A stretch of 64,000 bases of DNA from assembly GCA_038245295.1 (NCBI GenBank), contig JBBRSP010000006.1:186006-250005 (forward strand). The letters are read 5' to 3'. A program made the translations under genes and the position numbers. Source of the DNA: Candidatus Binatia bacterium (GTDB taxonomy: Bacteria; Desulfobacterota; Binatia; HRBIN30). The notes under the pieces are model-generated. The model saw only the letters and a list, made by a program, of their open reading frames with translations. It was not told the DNA's origin and searched no databases. The stretch's first letter is position 1; every line of letters begins with the position of its first letter. Below are positions 18,721 to 27,274 of this stretch, piece by piece.

Positions 18721-21060
18721 CTATCGTCGAAGGAGTCGGTCGAGCCACGAGCGCCGATGTGGCGTAGCTTCGGACGGTTGTGACAACTCACCCCGGATTT
18801 GCCCCGGGCTTGGAGGGCTAGCACTCTTCGATACGACGACGCCGGGAGACCGATACGCCTCTGCTGGTGGAATCGGTTCCCCGCTTGCCCGGGCGATGGC
18901 CTGACCGTAGATCGACCAAGCCGTTTCGACATCTTTCGACAGCGGTTCCGCAATCCTCCCGAAGCCCGAACGGCCAAATTGATCAACAGTTGGCGCCTGA
19001 CCAAGTGCTTCCGACAGCTGAAGGTACCACAATGACTCTTCGGCCAAGCGCTTGAGCTGATGGTTACGCTGTTGTGCTTCGACCTGCACCTTGGCTTCTT
19101 CGGGGTTTGCCACTAGGCTCCTTCGCTCGAACGGTTGTCCACCAAGCGCACAGAAAACCGACCACGTGAATCCGACGCGATCCGCCGGCATGATGGTCTC
19201 GCGTGTCGGCATTCGCGGGGCCTTCTCTCGGATGGTTGCATACAGCCCGCTGACGTCACCACCGAACCAATGGTTCGTGGCTCCCGCGCCGAATTTCATG
19301 AACTGCTTGAGAGTCGGAGGCTTTCCTCGATCCGCGAGCATACGATGGAATCGCTCTGCGGCACCTCGGATCTCCGTCTCCCAGCGGGCATGCAGGTAGC
19401 TATCAAGATACCCCTCGGCCCATGCGCGACGATGCTTGGTGATGATGTCGCGCAGGAACTCGAATCCTTCCCGCCGTGTACCACTGGAGGTCTGTATGCG
19501 TATTGAGACACCGGGGAATACCTCTGTTTTCGAGGATCGGTCGACGATCTCTTGTGGAGGCCCGAGCTTCGTCTCACCCAGACGGAGTTCTTCAAAAAGG
19601 TCCCTCGGTATTGGGCACTGAAGCTCCTGGAGGATGTCGACGTCCGCCGCATGGTACTGCGACAGACCTGCCATGTCGGTGCGCGAGGATGGACCCTCGC
19701 AAAGAAACCATGCTGTGAGAGCGCAGCCGTGCCAGACCCTGAGCGCGGCTCCAAAGGTCTGCGCCATGGCGGTATGCGGAAACGGCTCACTTACGACCCG
19801 ATCTGGAAAGCGTTCTAAAACGGTCGTACCCCAGAGACGATCAATCTCCACGATAAGGTCTGCGGATAGGAAATCGCGGTAAAGGCCAGGCGTGTAGGGA
19901 GAACGCCACACGTCGTCAAACGTGATGAAGCCGCCCTCGTCGACAAGGCCCCAGAGTGACGGTTTCCCGGGGAGCTGCCGAGCATGCACCTCGTCGAACG
20001 CACTCCAGTACTTCCGCAGCGCAGCAACGCGTCGCTCAACCGGCGAAGACGTCCCAGTCTCCGCCCAGTAGGTGGAGAGGATATCTCGCACAGCGTCGGG
20101 AGAAACTCCCTGAGCCGCCGCGATTTCTTTCACCTGCCTCTTCGCCCTGACAAAGGGGCGAACTTTGGGGAGTGCCGTAATGATCTGCTCGTCCGGATGC
20201 GGTGGCTCGCCAATATATTCGAGAAACGCCAACCAGCTCCCACCGAAGAACGCTGAAAGTAGGCGCTGGTACGGTTTGGTCAAAACCTGTTTCTTTTTTG
20301 GGGCGCCGTTGCGGGCGCTTTCGTAGTAACGCTGGACGAGTGTGACAAGAGCGGACGCTCGATAATGCTTGGCCTTGTCCACGCCAACCTGGTTTCCGAG
20401 CGCGCTCAAGAGCGCCCGCTTCACGTCCAGCTGCTCGGCAATCGCCATCGTGCTCCAATCGCGACCAGATCGCATCGGGCTGAGTTGATCCCCGACCTGG
20501 AAACCCATCGCACTCAGGTTCTCCGTCGCAGATGCCCACGCTCGTTGCGCGTCCTCCCGACTCATCGTGCCGGAACGATGTCCACGAAGAGCGAACACTT
20601 CGAACAAGCGCTCGAACAAGGGTTCGAGCATTGCCCAGGAGAACACGGCGTCTGATGCAGTCTTGAAGATCACGCTCGCTTTCTCGGCGATTGTGGCTCC
20701 CCAGGCGAAGCGATCCTGCTGTCGGAAGTGAGCAGGAAAGTTCGCCATGCCGATTGAGACGCTTGCCCTCTCCGGGAAGTACCAGGCACCTTGAGAGTTC
20801 TGACCTTCAAGGCTGAAGACGCTATCCAGAAACTTCCGCTGCCGAGTGTCGAGGCCCGCGACACTCACGTCGTCGTTCCCGCGCGGACCGCCACGATGCG
20901 TAATGACCGTCTCACCATGAAGTCCTCGCGCCAGCACGGTAGCAACAACCTCATCGATTTCTTCGAATACGATGCCAGCACGGTGCTCGACCTCGAGCGC
21001 CAATAGCTGCGATGGCTGAGCAAGAATCATTCGCCCAAAGGTGTCCAAGCGATCACTCAT
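18721..21060 (-). CDS. Hypothetical 779-aa protein, third gene of the helicase operon
   Basis: Long ORF with ATGA overlap to the helicase; no motif recognised. Confidence 0.8.
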   Translation of the reverse strand: MSDRLDTFGRMILAQPSQLLALEVEHRAGIVFEEIDEVVATVLARGLHGETVITHRGGPRGNDDVSVAGLDTRQRKFLDSVFSLEGQNSQGAWYFPERASVSIGMANFPAHFRQQDRFAWGATIAEKASVIFKTASDAVFSWAMLEPLFERLFEVFALRGHRSGTMSREDAQRAWASATENLSAMGFQVGDQLSPMRSGRDWSTMAIAEQLDVKRALLSALGNQVGVDKAKHYRASALVTLVQRYYESARNGAPKKKQVLTKPYQRLLSAFFGGSWLAFLEYIGEPPHPDEQIITALPKVRPFVRAKRQVKEIAAAQGVSPDAVRDILSTYWAETGTSSPVERRVAALRKYWSAFDEVHARQLPGKPSLWGLVDEGGFITFDDVWRSPYTPGLYRDFLSADLIVEIDRLWGTTVLERFPDRVVSEPFPHTAMAQTFGAALRVWHGCALTAWFLCEGPSSRTDMAGLSQYHAADVDILQELQCPIPRDLFEELRLGETKLGPPQEIVDRSSKTEVFPGVSIRIQTSSGTRREGFEFLRDIITKHRRAWAEGYLDSYLHARWETEIRGAAERFHRMLADRGKPPTLKQFMKFGAGATNHWFGGDVSGLYATIREKAPRMPTRETIMPADRVGFTWSVFCALGGQPFERRSLVANPEEAKVQVEAQQRNHQLKRLAEESLWYLQLSEALGQAPTVDQFGRSGFGRIAEPLSKDVETAWSIYGQAIARASGEPIPPAEAYRSPGVVVSKSASPPSPGQIRGELSQPSEATPHRRSWLDRLLRR

Positions 21061-23135
21061 GAATCGAGTTCTTTGATGATCTCTAAGTATTGCTCGAACG
21101 TGACCGGCTCGGGCGAGTTTTGCGCATAGACTGCGTAACGCTGCGCAAGGGCTTCGCGTTCACGTTCTTGCCGGCGCTGCTCCACGCGTCGCTCGTCATG
21201 CACCAGTCGCTCTTCAACGGCCCCACGCTGGAAGACCACAAACGTTTCTGGGCGCCCCGCTGCGTCCTGCCCACGCGTACCCGGCAGGTCCTCCGTGGCG
21301 GACACACGACTCCATTCGGGCGGAATTTCATGGCTCGTGAGTGGGTCCATGTCGTTCTCTCGGTAGATTGTATCGATATGCTCGTCGAGACCCAGTTCCG
21401 CATGGTAGATGACGTCGAGAAACTGCTGATGTCCATCGGTCCGACCCACAAGCGCAGGATGCGTCAGCACTCGTATTCCGCGGCCGACAAACTGATAGAA
21501 TTCGCTGAAGCTGTTGTACGGCCGCATCGGGACGATGACGGTAACAGGGGGAAAGTCATATCCCTGCCCCAGCATGCGTAGCTGGACGATCCCTTGCAGG
21601 TCGCCGGACTCTTGCTCAAAACGATCCCGGATCGCTGTGATTCGAGCATCCGTCATCGAGTGGTGCAGATGGGCGCACGGTATCCCGTGCTCTTCGGCGA
21701 TCCGAGCGATTTGTTCGGCGTGGCGTTCTCCCAGGGCAGAGAAAAGAACGCGAGGCTTGATGGGATAGAGGGCCGATGTCTGTGCGTCCAGCGCCCCTCG
21801 GACGGCGCGCATTACTTGGCGGATTGGCTCGGTCGATTTCGCTGTGATGCGCGCAAGCTTCCGCTCGTCCTGGATGAGTTCGAGAATCGCATCCCTACCC
21901 GCAATCTCCTCGCGTGCTCCGTCGGGCCATACTAACTCGTAGGTTGTCTGGGTCGGGTCCGGCGCGAATCGATACACCCGAAGATTCTTGGCGTTTCCAT
22001 CGGCGATCGCGTCGATGAGCCGGTAGCGATACACAACATCGGCATCGATGGACTTCCCGTCTAGCCGCTGAAAACACGCGGACATGAGAAGTGTGCGTGC
22101 GCCGGCAAAATGACGAAACGTCCTCTGGTACGATTCGGCCGCTGCGATGTGCGCTTCGTCAATGACGATGAAATCGATGTCGTCCGGTCGCAACTTCATC
22201 AAGAGGTCGTCCGCGTCTCCGCCGGTTCCAAGAGAGTGGAAGTTCGTCACGACTACGTCGGCACCGAGAAGCTGCTCGCGCGTGACATCGCGGATCGCCG
22301 CTTCATCTCGATCGAGAACCCGTACCTTTGGGGGGGGAGTGCCCGGAATCAGTGGGCCACCCGGGAGCCCATATAGGACGTTGCCAACGGCGCTGTGATC
22401 GAACGCTTTGGCGAACGTGCCGCGGATGACACTGCCGGGCGTTACGACCAGCGCGCGCTTCCGAGTGAAGGCCAATGATGCCACAACGGCCAAGGCGGTC
22501 TTGCCGGATCCAACCGACATTACGCAGGCTGCTCTGGTCCCACCGGAGCGCAGATAGTTTGCCAGCGCAACTACCGCCTCCCTCTGACAGCTGCGGAGGG
22601 TGCGCTGATTGAGCTTGTCGCGTACCTGGTCGAAGTAGGTCATGGGTGCGCCGTTTCTCGATAGTTCCCCATCCCACCCGAAGGGACGCAGCGCCTTGAG
22701 CCGATCTGGATCCATCTCGGGCGTCTCCACGACCGGATCGCGAAGCAACAAGACTTGGAGTGCGGGATCTGTAGCGAGAATCGTTTGGAGTTGGGAAACG
22801 CATCGACCCGTCTCTCGACGAATCGAGTCGTACGAAAATCTGACAACGACCCTCCCAGAACCCTGGAGGTCGTTCTGTCGCATGCGGTCGTAGCTAAAAG
22901 CTGAACGATGTCCATGAAACTCGAACCCGTCGAGCTCGATGATGAAGGTCTTCTCGTCGCCCTGGATTTCATAATCGACCCGATAGCACCGTGTGCCGAT
23001 CTCCAGCTCTCGCTGCGGAACCACGCGGGCACGGATCTCCCGTCTAGCGGCAGGCGCGAGGACCCAACGCAGGAACGCGTACTCGAGGAATGAGCTTGCC
23101 GCGACGTCCTCATAAAGTTTCGCATCATCCGGCAT
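21057..23135 (-). CDS. Vsr/DUF559-like endonuclease fused to SF2 DEAH helicase (restriction Res-like)
   Basis: YRVDY...IELDGFEFH...DRMRQNDL...VVRF; VGSGKT, IDEAH, MSA, QFVGRGIR. Start at ATG 23135 (MPDDAK) is my estimate. Confidence 0.85.
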   Translation of the reverse strand: MPDDAKLYEDVAASSFLEYAFLRWVLAPAARREIRARVVPQRELEIGTRCYRVDYEIQGDEKTFIIELDGFEFHGHRSAFSYDRMRQNDLQGSGRVVVRFSYDSIRRETGRCVSQLQTILATDPALQVLLLRDPVVETPEMDPDRLKALRPFGWDGELSRNGAPMTYFDQVRDKLNQRTLRSCQREAVVALANYLRSGGTRAACVMSVGSGKTALAVVASLAFTRKRALVVTPGSVIRGTFAKAFDHSAVGNVLYGLPGGPLIPGTPPPKVRVLDRDEAAIRDVTREQLLGADVVVTNFHSLGTGGDADDLLMKLRPDDIDFIVIDEAHIAAAESYQRTFRHFAGARTLLMSACFQRLDGKSIDADVVYRYRLIDAIADGNAKNLRVYRFAPDPTQTTYELVWPDGAREEIAGRDAILELIQDERKLARITAKSTEPIRQVMRAVRGALDAQTSALYPIKPRVLFSALGERHAEQIARIAEEHGIPCAHLHHSMTDARITAIRDRFEQESGDLQGIVQLRMLGQGYDFPPVTVIVPMRPYNSFSEFYQFVGRGIRVLTHPALVGRTDGHQQFLDVIYHAELGLDEHIDTIYRENDMDPLTSHEIPPEWSRVSATEDLPGTRGQDAAGRPETFVVFQRGAVEERLVHDERRVEQRRQEREREALAQRYAVYAQNSPEPVTFEQYLEIIKELDS

Positions 23136-23727
23136 CTTCGGACTCGATTTGGCGCAGCCGCTCCGTGATTTCCTCGCGTTCCTCGGATCCCTGACCAAGC
23201 CGTTCTGCAGCTTCCGCAACCTTTAAAGCCTCGCGAAGATACCCTTCGTTCTGGTAAAGCCGAAGCAGATGGGAGAACGACAGAATCCCGAACTGGCGCA
23301 CCACACCGTCGGCTTCGTAGGATACGGCCTCCGGAAGGGATTCGGCGAGGCTAATGTCGAGCCAGCAAAGGCGTTCGACTTCTACAAGAACTGAGGGTTC
23401 CTCTATCCTTCGCTTCCAGAGCTGATCGGCGACACCTTGGATCGCGAAGTGGTATTCACTCCCCGTTCCGGGCAGTTCGAGAACCTCGGACAGATGTCGG
23501 AGTAGTCCGACGGTTGATGCTTCCGAAGAGGAGTGCTGCGAAGCTGGAGACGCTGATGTCTTCCCGTTGCCGGTGAGCAGTGGCCAGCTCAAAGATTCCT
23601 CACGTTTGCCTTCCATATCGAAGACGTGACGCTCCGGAACGGCATTCTGCCCTGGAAGCCTCCCAGTACGTGTCCCTTGATAGGTCACACCGGGAATGTC
23701 AGCGAAGCGTTTGAACCACTGAGGCAT
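23125..23727 (-). CDS. Hypothetical protein, first gene of the helicase operon
   Basis: 200-aa ORF overlapping the helicase start; helical C-terminus. Confidence 0.7.
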   Translation of the reverse strand: MPQWFKRFADIPGVTYQGTRTGRLPGQNAVPERHVFDMEGKREESLSWPLLTGNGKTSASPASQHSSSEASTVGLLRHLSEVLELPGTGSEYHFAIQGVADQLWKRRIEEPSVLVEVERLCWLDISLAESLPEAVSYEADGVVRQFGILSFSHLLRLYQNEGYLREALKVAEAAERLGQGSEEREEITERLRQIESEDAG

Positions 23728-23791
23728 GGTAGGCCATTATTCACACGTGCTTGGAAGGCGGCAAGCGCACGCGACCTTTTCATTTCGAGAG

Positions 23792-23831
23792 AAAGAAAAG
23801 AAGAGCCCGATCGGAGTGATCCGTCGGGCTC
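23792..23831 (-). terminator. Probable intrinsic terminator after the nuclease gene
   Basis: GAGCCCGA...TCGGGCTC stem followed by a T-rich tract on the minus strand. Confidence 0.6.
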
Positions 23832-23844
23832 GTTTGTGGTTGCG

Positions 23845-24651
23845 TCACGGGGCTAGAACTTTGACCAAGGTCCGCTCGGCAAGAGCTTCGTCGCCAAGGC
23901 ACACGGGCAGGTAGTCGCAGTAGCTGCACCAGCGGCCGGGACGACGATAGAATCGCTCGGCCGTGATTTCTTGAGCGACATATCCGGCCTTCGCGATGTA
24001 TCGGGTGAGATCGGCCGGTTCACGGCGACTGAGGTGCCATTCGATTTTGGGTTGAGTCGTTTTCACGAGGACACAGAGCGCCGTTTGGGTCGCATCGGGC
24101 TCCGCGAGTTGATACGCGGTCAGTTGATCGGACAACGCGGCTTCAAACGGGGGGTACGTTGTGGCTGAAGTCTTGAAGTCGAGGACGGTTCGTTGGCCGT
24201 CGACATCGGCGACGAGATCGATGATGCCAACAAGTTTGAGCGAGAGACTGGTCACCGTCACGGTAAACGGTCGTTCCACGGCCCTGACCGTCGTGATGCG
24301 GCCGACATCCGTGCGCGCGAACTGTTCCATGAGGGTGACGCCGATGGCGAGGAGCTTGTCCCAAGACTCGCGGTCTTTGTAGCGAACCGGAGCTTGTCGG
24401 ATCGCGTTCCACTGCGTACGGAAGGTGACCACCGGATCCTCGCCGCCCCGAAACAACGCCTCGAGGGCAGCGTGCACGATCTTGCCGAACACCAAACTCG
24501 CGTCTGGCACCCGGCGCCGCAGATTCTCGTGATAATACAGCCGATATTGCTCGGGGCAGTGCAGATATCGGCTGACGCGCGAATGGGAGAGATGAGGCGC
24601 CTGTTTTGAAACGCCTCCATTCTGTGTCCGTTCTTGCTCTGGTGCGTCCAC
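23845..24651 (-). CDS. PD-(D/E)XK nuclease, RecB/AddB/Cas4-like with four Cys
   Basis: LSHSR...CPEQY, FGKIVH, VERPF, GIIDLV, LDFKT, QLTAY, WCSYCDYLPVC. Start estimated. Confidence 0.88.
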   Translation of the reverse strand: MDAPEQERTQNGGVSKQAPHLSHSRVSRYLHCPEQYRLYYHENLRRRVPDASLVFGKIVHAALEALFRGGEDPVVTFRTQWNAIRQAPVRYKDRESWDKLLAIGVTLMEQFARTDVGRITTVRAVERPFTVTVTSLSLKLVGIIDLVADVDGQRTVLDFKTSATTYPPFEAALSDQLTAYQLAEPDATQTALCVLVKTTQPKIEWHLSRREPADLTRYIAKAGYVAQEITAERFYRRPGRWCSYCDYLPVCLGDEALAERTLVKVLAP

Positions 24652-24653
24652 GG

Positions 24654-25550
24654 TCAATCCCTTCGCACGGCGCGAAGCGGAGGTGCTGAGAGCGGCGGGA
24701 GTACCTGAGCGACGTTGGTGTAGCGGCCATCCGGACTTGGCTGTGTCGTGACTCCACAAGGGATGTTCAGGATCGTGCCTTCGGTGAGCGGTTGCGGCGC
24801 GACGTAGCCGGCGGTCTCGATATGCTGCCGCAGCTGATCGGCCGAACCGAAGAGCTTAGAAGTGCGACCACCGATGTCGACAGTGACGAAGAGGCGCCGT
24901 CCCCATCTGCCGTCCATTCCGCCGACGTCCACGAGTCGCGCCGGGACCGCGTTGTTGTTCCCGGTTGGCGGAGCGCCTTGCTCGCGTCGCACCGGCGGCG
25001 GTGTTGATGCTCCATTACCATTGCGTTGCCGGTTCGGCCCAAGAAAGCGTGACACGATTCCCGACTGCACGAGTAGCATGTGATCGGCTTGGCTTTGAAT
25101 CGAGTCGATGGTCAGCTGCTCGATCGGCGCGGAGAACTCAATCGAGAGCGAGTCGATTCTGCCATCCGGGCTGACACTACGCTTGAGCACCATCTGCGTT
25201 CCGCTGCCATGACCGTTGCCGTTCCCATTGGTCGTGGTCTTGCGTCTCCGCGGCGCGGGTGGCTCGTTTTGAATCGCGTTGCGCTCTGCCTGATCGTACG
25301 TGGCGAGCGGGCCAGAGCTAGTTCCGTGGAGCTGGTGCAGCACCGCCTGAACATGGGCGCAGTACTCACCCGTATGTGCATTCGCCTGAAACTCGGCGCA
25401 TGTGCATTGCGGCACATCGGCACTGCCTGTCACCAGAAACTGTTGCCGCGGGTCGCTCGGCGCGTAAACGCGCCAGCCGTTCTCTGTTTCGCTGATGACG
25501 AGCGGCTCCTCTTGGTTCGCCAACGGTCGGGTTGATGTTGCGTGGTTCAT
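24654..25550 (-). CDS. SWIM zinc-finger protein
   Basis: CTCAEF...YCAH (CxC...CxH); AGGAGG RBS. Confidence 0.75.
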   Translation of the reverse strand: MNHATSTRPLANQEEPLVISETENGWRVYAPSDPRQQFLVTGSADVPQCTCAEFQANAHTGEYCAHVQAVLHQLHGTSSGPLATYDQAERNAIQNEPPAPRRRKTTTNGNGNGHGSGTQMVLKRSVSPDGRIDSLSIEFSAPIEQLTIDSIQSQADHMLLVQSGIVSRFLGPNRQRNGNGASTPPPVRREQGAPPTGNNNAVPARLVDVGGMDGRWGRRLFVTVDIGGRTSKLFGSADQLRQHIETAGYVAPQPLTEGTILNIPCGVTTQPSPDGRYTNVAQVLPPLSAPPLRAVRRD

Positions 25551-25699
25551 TTCTCTTCCTCCTTCTGAAATTGGTTGGTGTGAAAGAACTGAGAGGAAGT
25601 GTGCGGCGGACAGACGAACACCCGTAGGATGGCAGTAGTGCCGCTTGCGGCAATCGTCAGATCCTTCGTGGACGGTGCCGAGTCGCCGACAATGAGGGG

Positions 25700-26965
25700 A
25701 TGATCACGACCCTTGGCTTGACCACCTTCCGCGACGATCGCCGGCCATTCGGTATCCGGCGCGAAGATCGACGGGCGCACATCTACGCGATCGGGCAAAC
25801 TGGCACAGGAAAGTCGACACTCCTGGAGACGATGATTCTCCAAGACCTCGCCGTCGGCGAAGGGCTGGCCCTTCTCGATCCGCACGGTGACCTGGTTGAG
25901 CGTGTGGTTTTGCGCGCGCCAGAGAACCGCCGCGAAGACATCATCTACTTCGACGCACCCAACCCGACGCAGCCGTGGGGCTTCAACCCGCTTGCCAATG
26001 TCCCGGCAGGCAAACGAGCGCTGGCGGCGTCAGCACTCCTCGGTGCGTTCAAAAAACAGTGGGCCGAGTCCTGGGGACCGCGAACAGAGCACCTGTTGCG
26101 GAACAGCTTGCTCGCTCTGCTCGATCAGCCCAATGCGACGCTGGCTGACGTCTTGCGCCTCCTCTCCGACGAAGACTACCGCCGTAACGCAATGGCGAAT
26201 GTCCAAAGCAGGACGGTGCGGAACTTTTGGCTGCGTGAGTACCGCGACTACACGGCGCGGCTAAGGGCGGAAGCTATTGCCCCACTCCAGAATAAGATCG
26301 GAGCTTTTCTCGCCGACCCGCTCCTCCACCGTATTCTCACCGAGCCCGAGCAACTGCTCGATCTCCGCGCCATCATGGACAAGGGCCAAGTGCTGTTGGT
26401 GAACCTCTCGAAGGGAAGGCTCGGCGAAGACACCGCCGCCCTCCTGGGATCGCTCTTGGTCGCAAGCCTTGGGGCAGCGGCGTTCGGTCGCGCGGAACAA
26501 GAACCCGATCAACGCCGCGATTTCTGGGTCTACCTCGATGAGTTCCACAATTTCACGACGCTCAGTCTCGCGACGATGCTCTCTGAGCTGCGGAAATTCC
26601 ATGTCGGTTTTATTCTGGTACACCAGTACATCGCTCAGCTCGGCGATGAGGTACGGGCCGCGGTCTTCGGAAACGTGGGAACGATCTGTTGCTTTCGCGT
26701 CGGCGCCGATGATGCCGAAGCGTTGGCGCCGCAGTTCGCGCCAGTCGTTACGTCACACGATTTGGTTCGCGTGCCAAATCATCACATGTACGTGCGCCTA
26801 ATGGTCGATGGAAAACCGACTGAGCCATTCAGTGCAGAGGCAAGATTACCGACAGTATATAAGGGAGGTAGCGGTGCTCTCTTGCCCGTTTTTGCCGCTT
26901 CATCCACAGCAGACGTGCACGTTGTTGACGACGACAATGGGGCTTGCGCTGCGATCGACGCGTAA
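25700..26965 (+). CDS. Type IV coupling protein / HerA-like DNA-pumping ATPase
   Basis: HIYAIGQTGTGKST, LDPHGDL, YLDEFH, ELRKF, HQY, FRVG. Confidence 0.88.
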   Translation: MITTLGLTTFRDDRRPFGIRREDRRAHIYAIGQTGTGKSTLLETMILQDLAVGEGLALLDPHGDLVERVVLRAPENRREDIIYFDAPNPTQPWGFNPLANVPAGKRALAASALLGAFKKQWAESWGPRTEHLLRNSLLALLDQPNATLADVLRLLSDEDYRRNAMANVQSRTVRNFWLREYRDYTARLRAEAIAPLQNKIGAFLADPLLHRILTEPEQLLDLRAIMDKGQVLLVNLSKGRLGEDTAALLGSLLVASLGAAAFGRAEQEPDQRRDFWVYLDEFHNFTTLSLATMLSELRKFHVGFILVHQYIAQLGDEVRAAVFGNVGTICCFRVGADDAEALAPQFAPVVTSHDLVRVPNHHMYVRLMVDGKPTEPFSAEARLPTVYKGGSGALLPVFAASSTADVHVVDDDNGACAAIDA

Positions 26966-27274
26966 AGCTGCTTGGGACTCGAATATAAATGATTCTGGAG
27001 CACCCCGTCCAGACCCATTTGCGAGTGTCGTTTTTTTGACGAACCGACAAACCGGATCCGAGCCTCTCGCACCCGTCCGCACCCGTCTGAGAGTCATTGA
27101 CTTTGAGGCAATTGCCGTGCAAACTGTCGGGTCCAAGATGCCCCAGAGCTGAAGTGATCGTCTCTACTGCAATGTGGCGACTTGGGAAGGGGGTCACCAG
27201 TGGATCTCAGCAACCCGCCCGCATCGAGTTCCGCGGCCGTACGGTGGGCAGCACTTTTCCCACTGCGGGCTCTC

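Noticed and set aside
23845..24651. CRISPR-Cas locus suggested by the Cas4-like nuclease
   Set aside because: No repeat-spacer array or cas1/cas2 seen; solo nucleases of this type are common in mobile elements.
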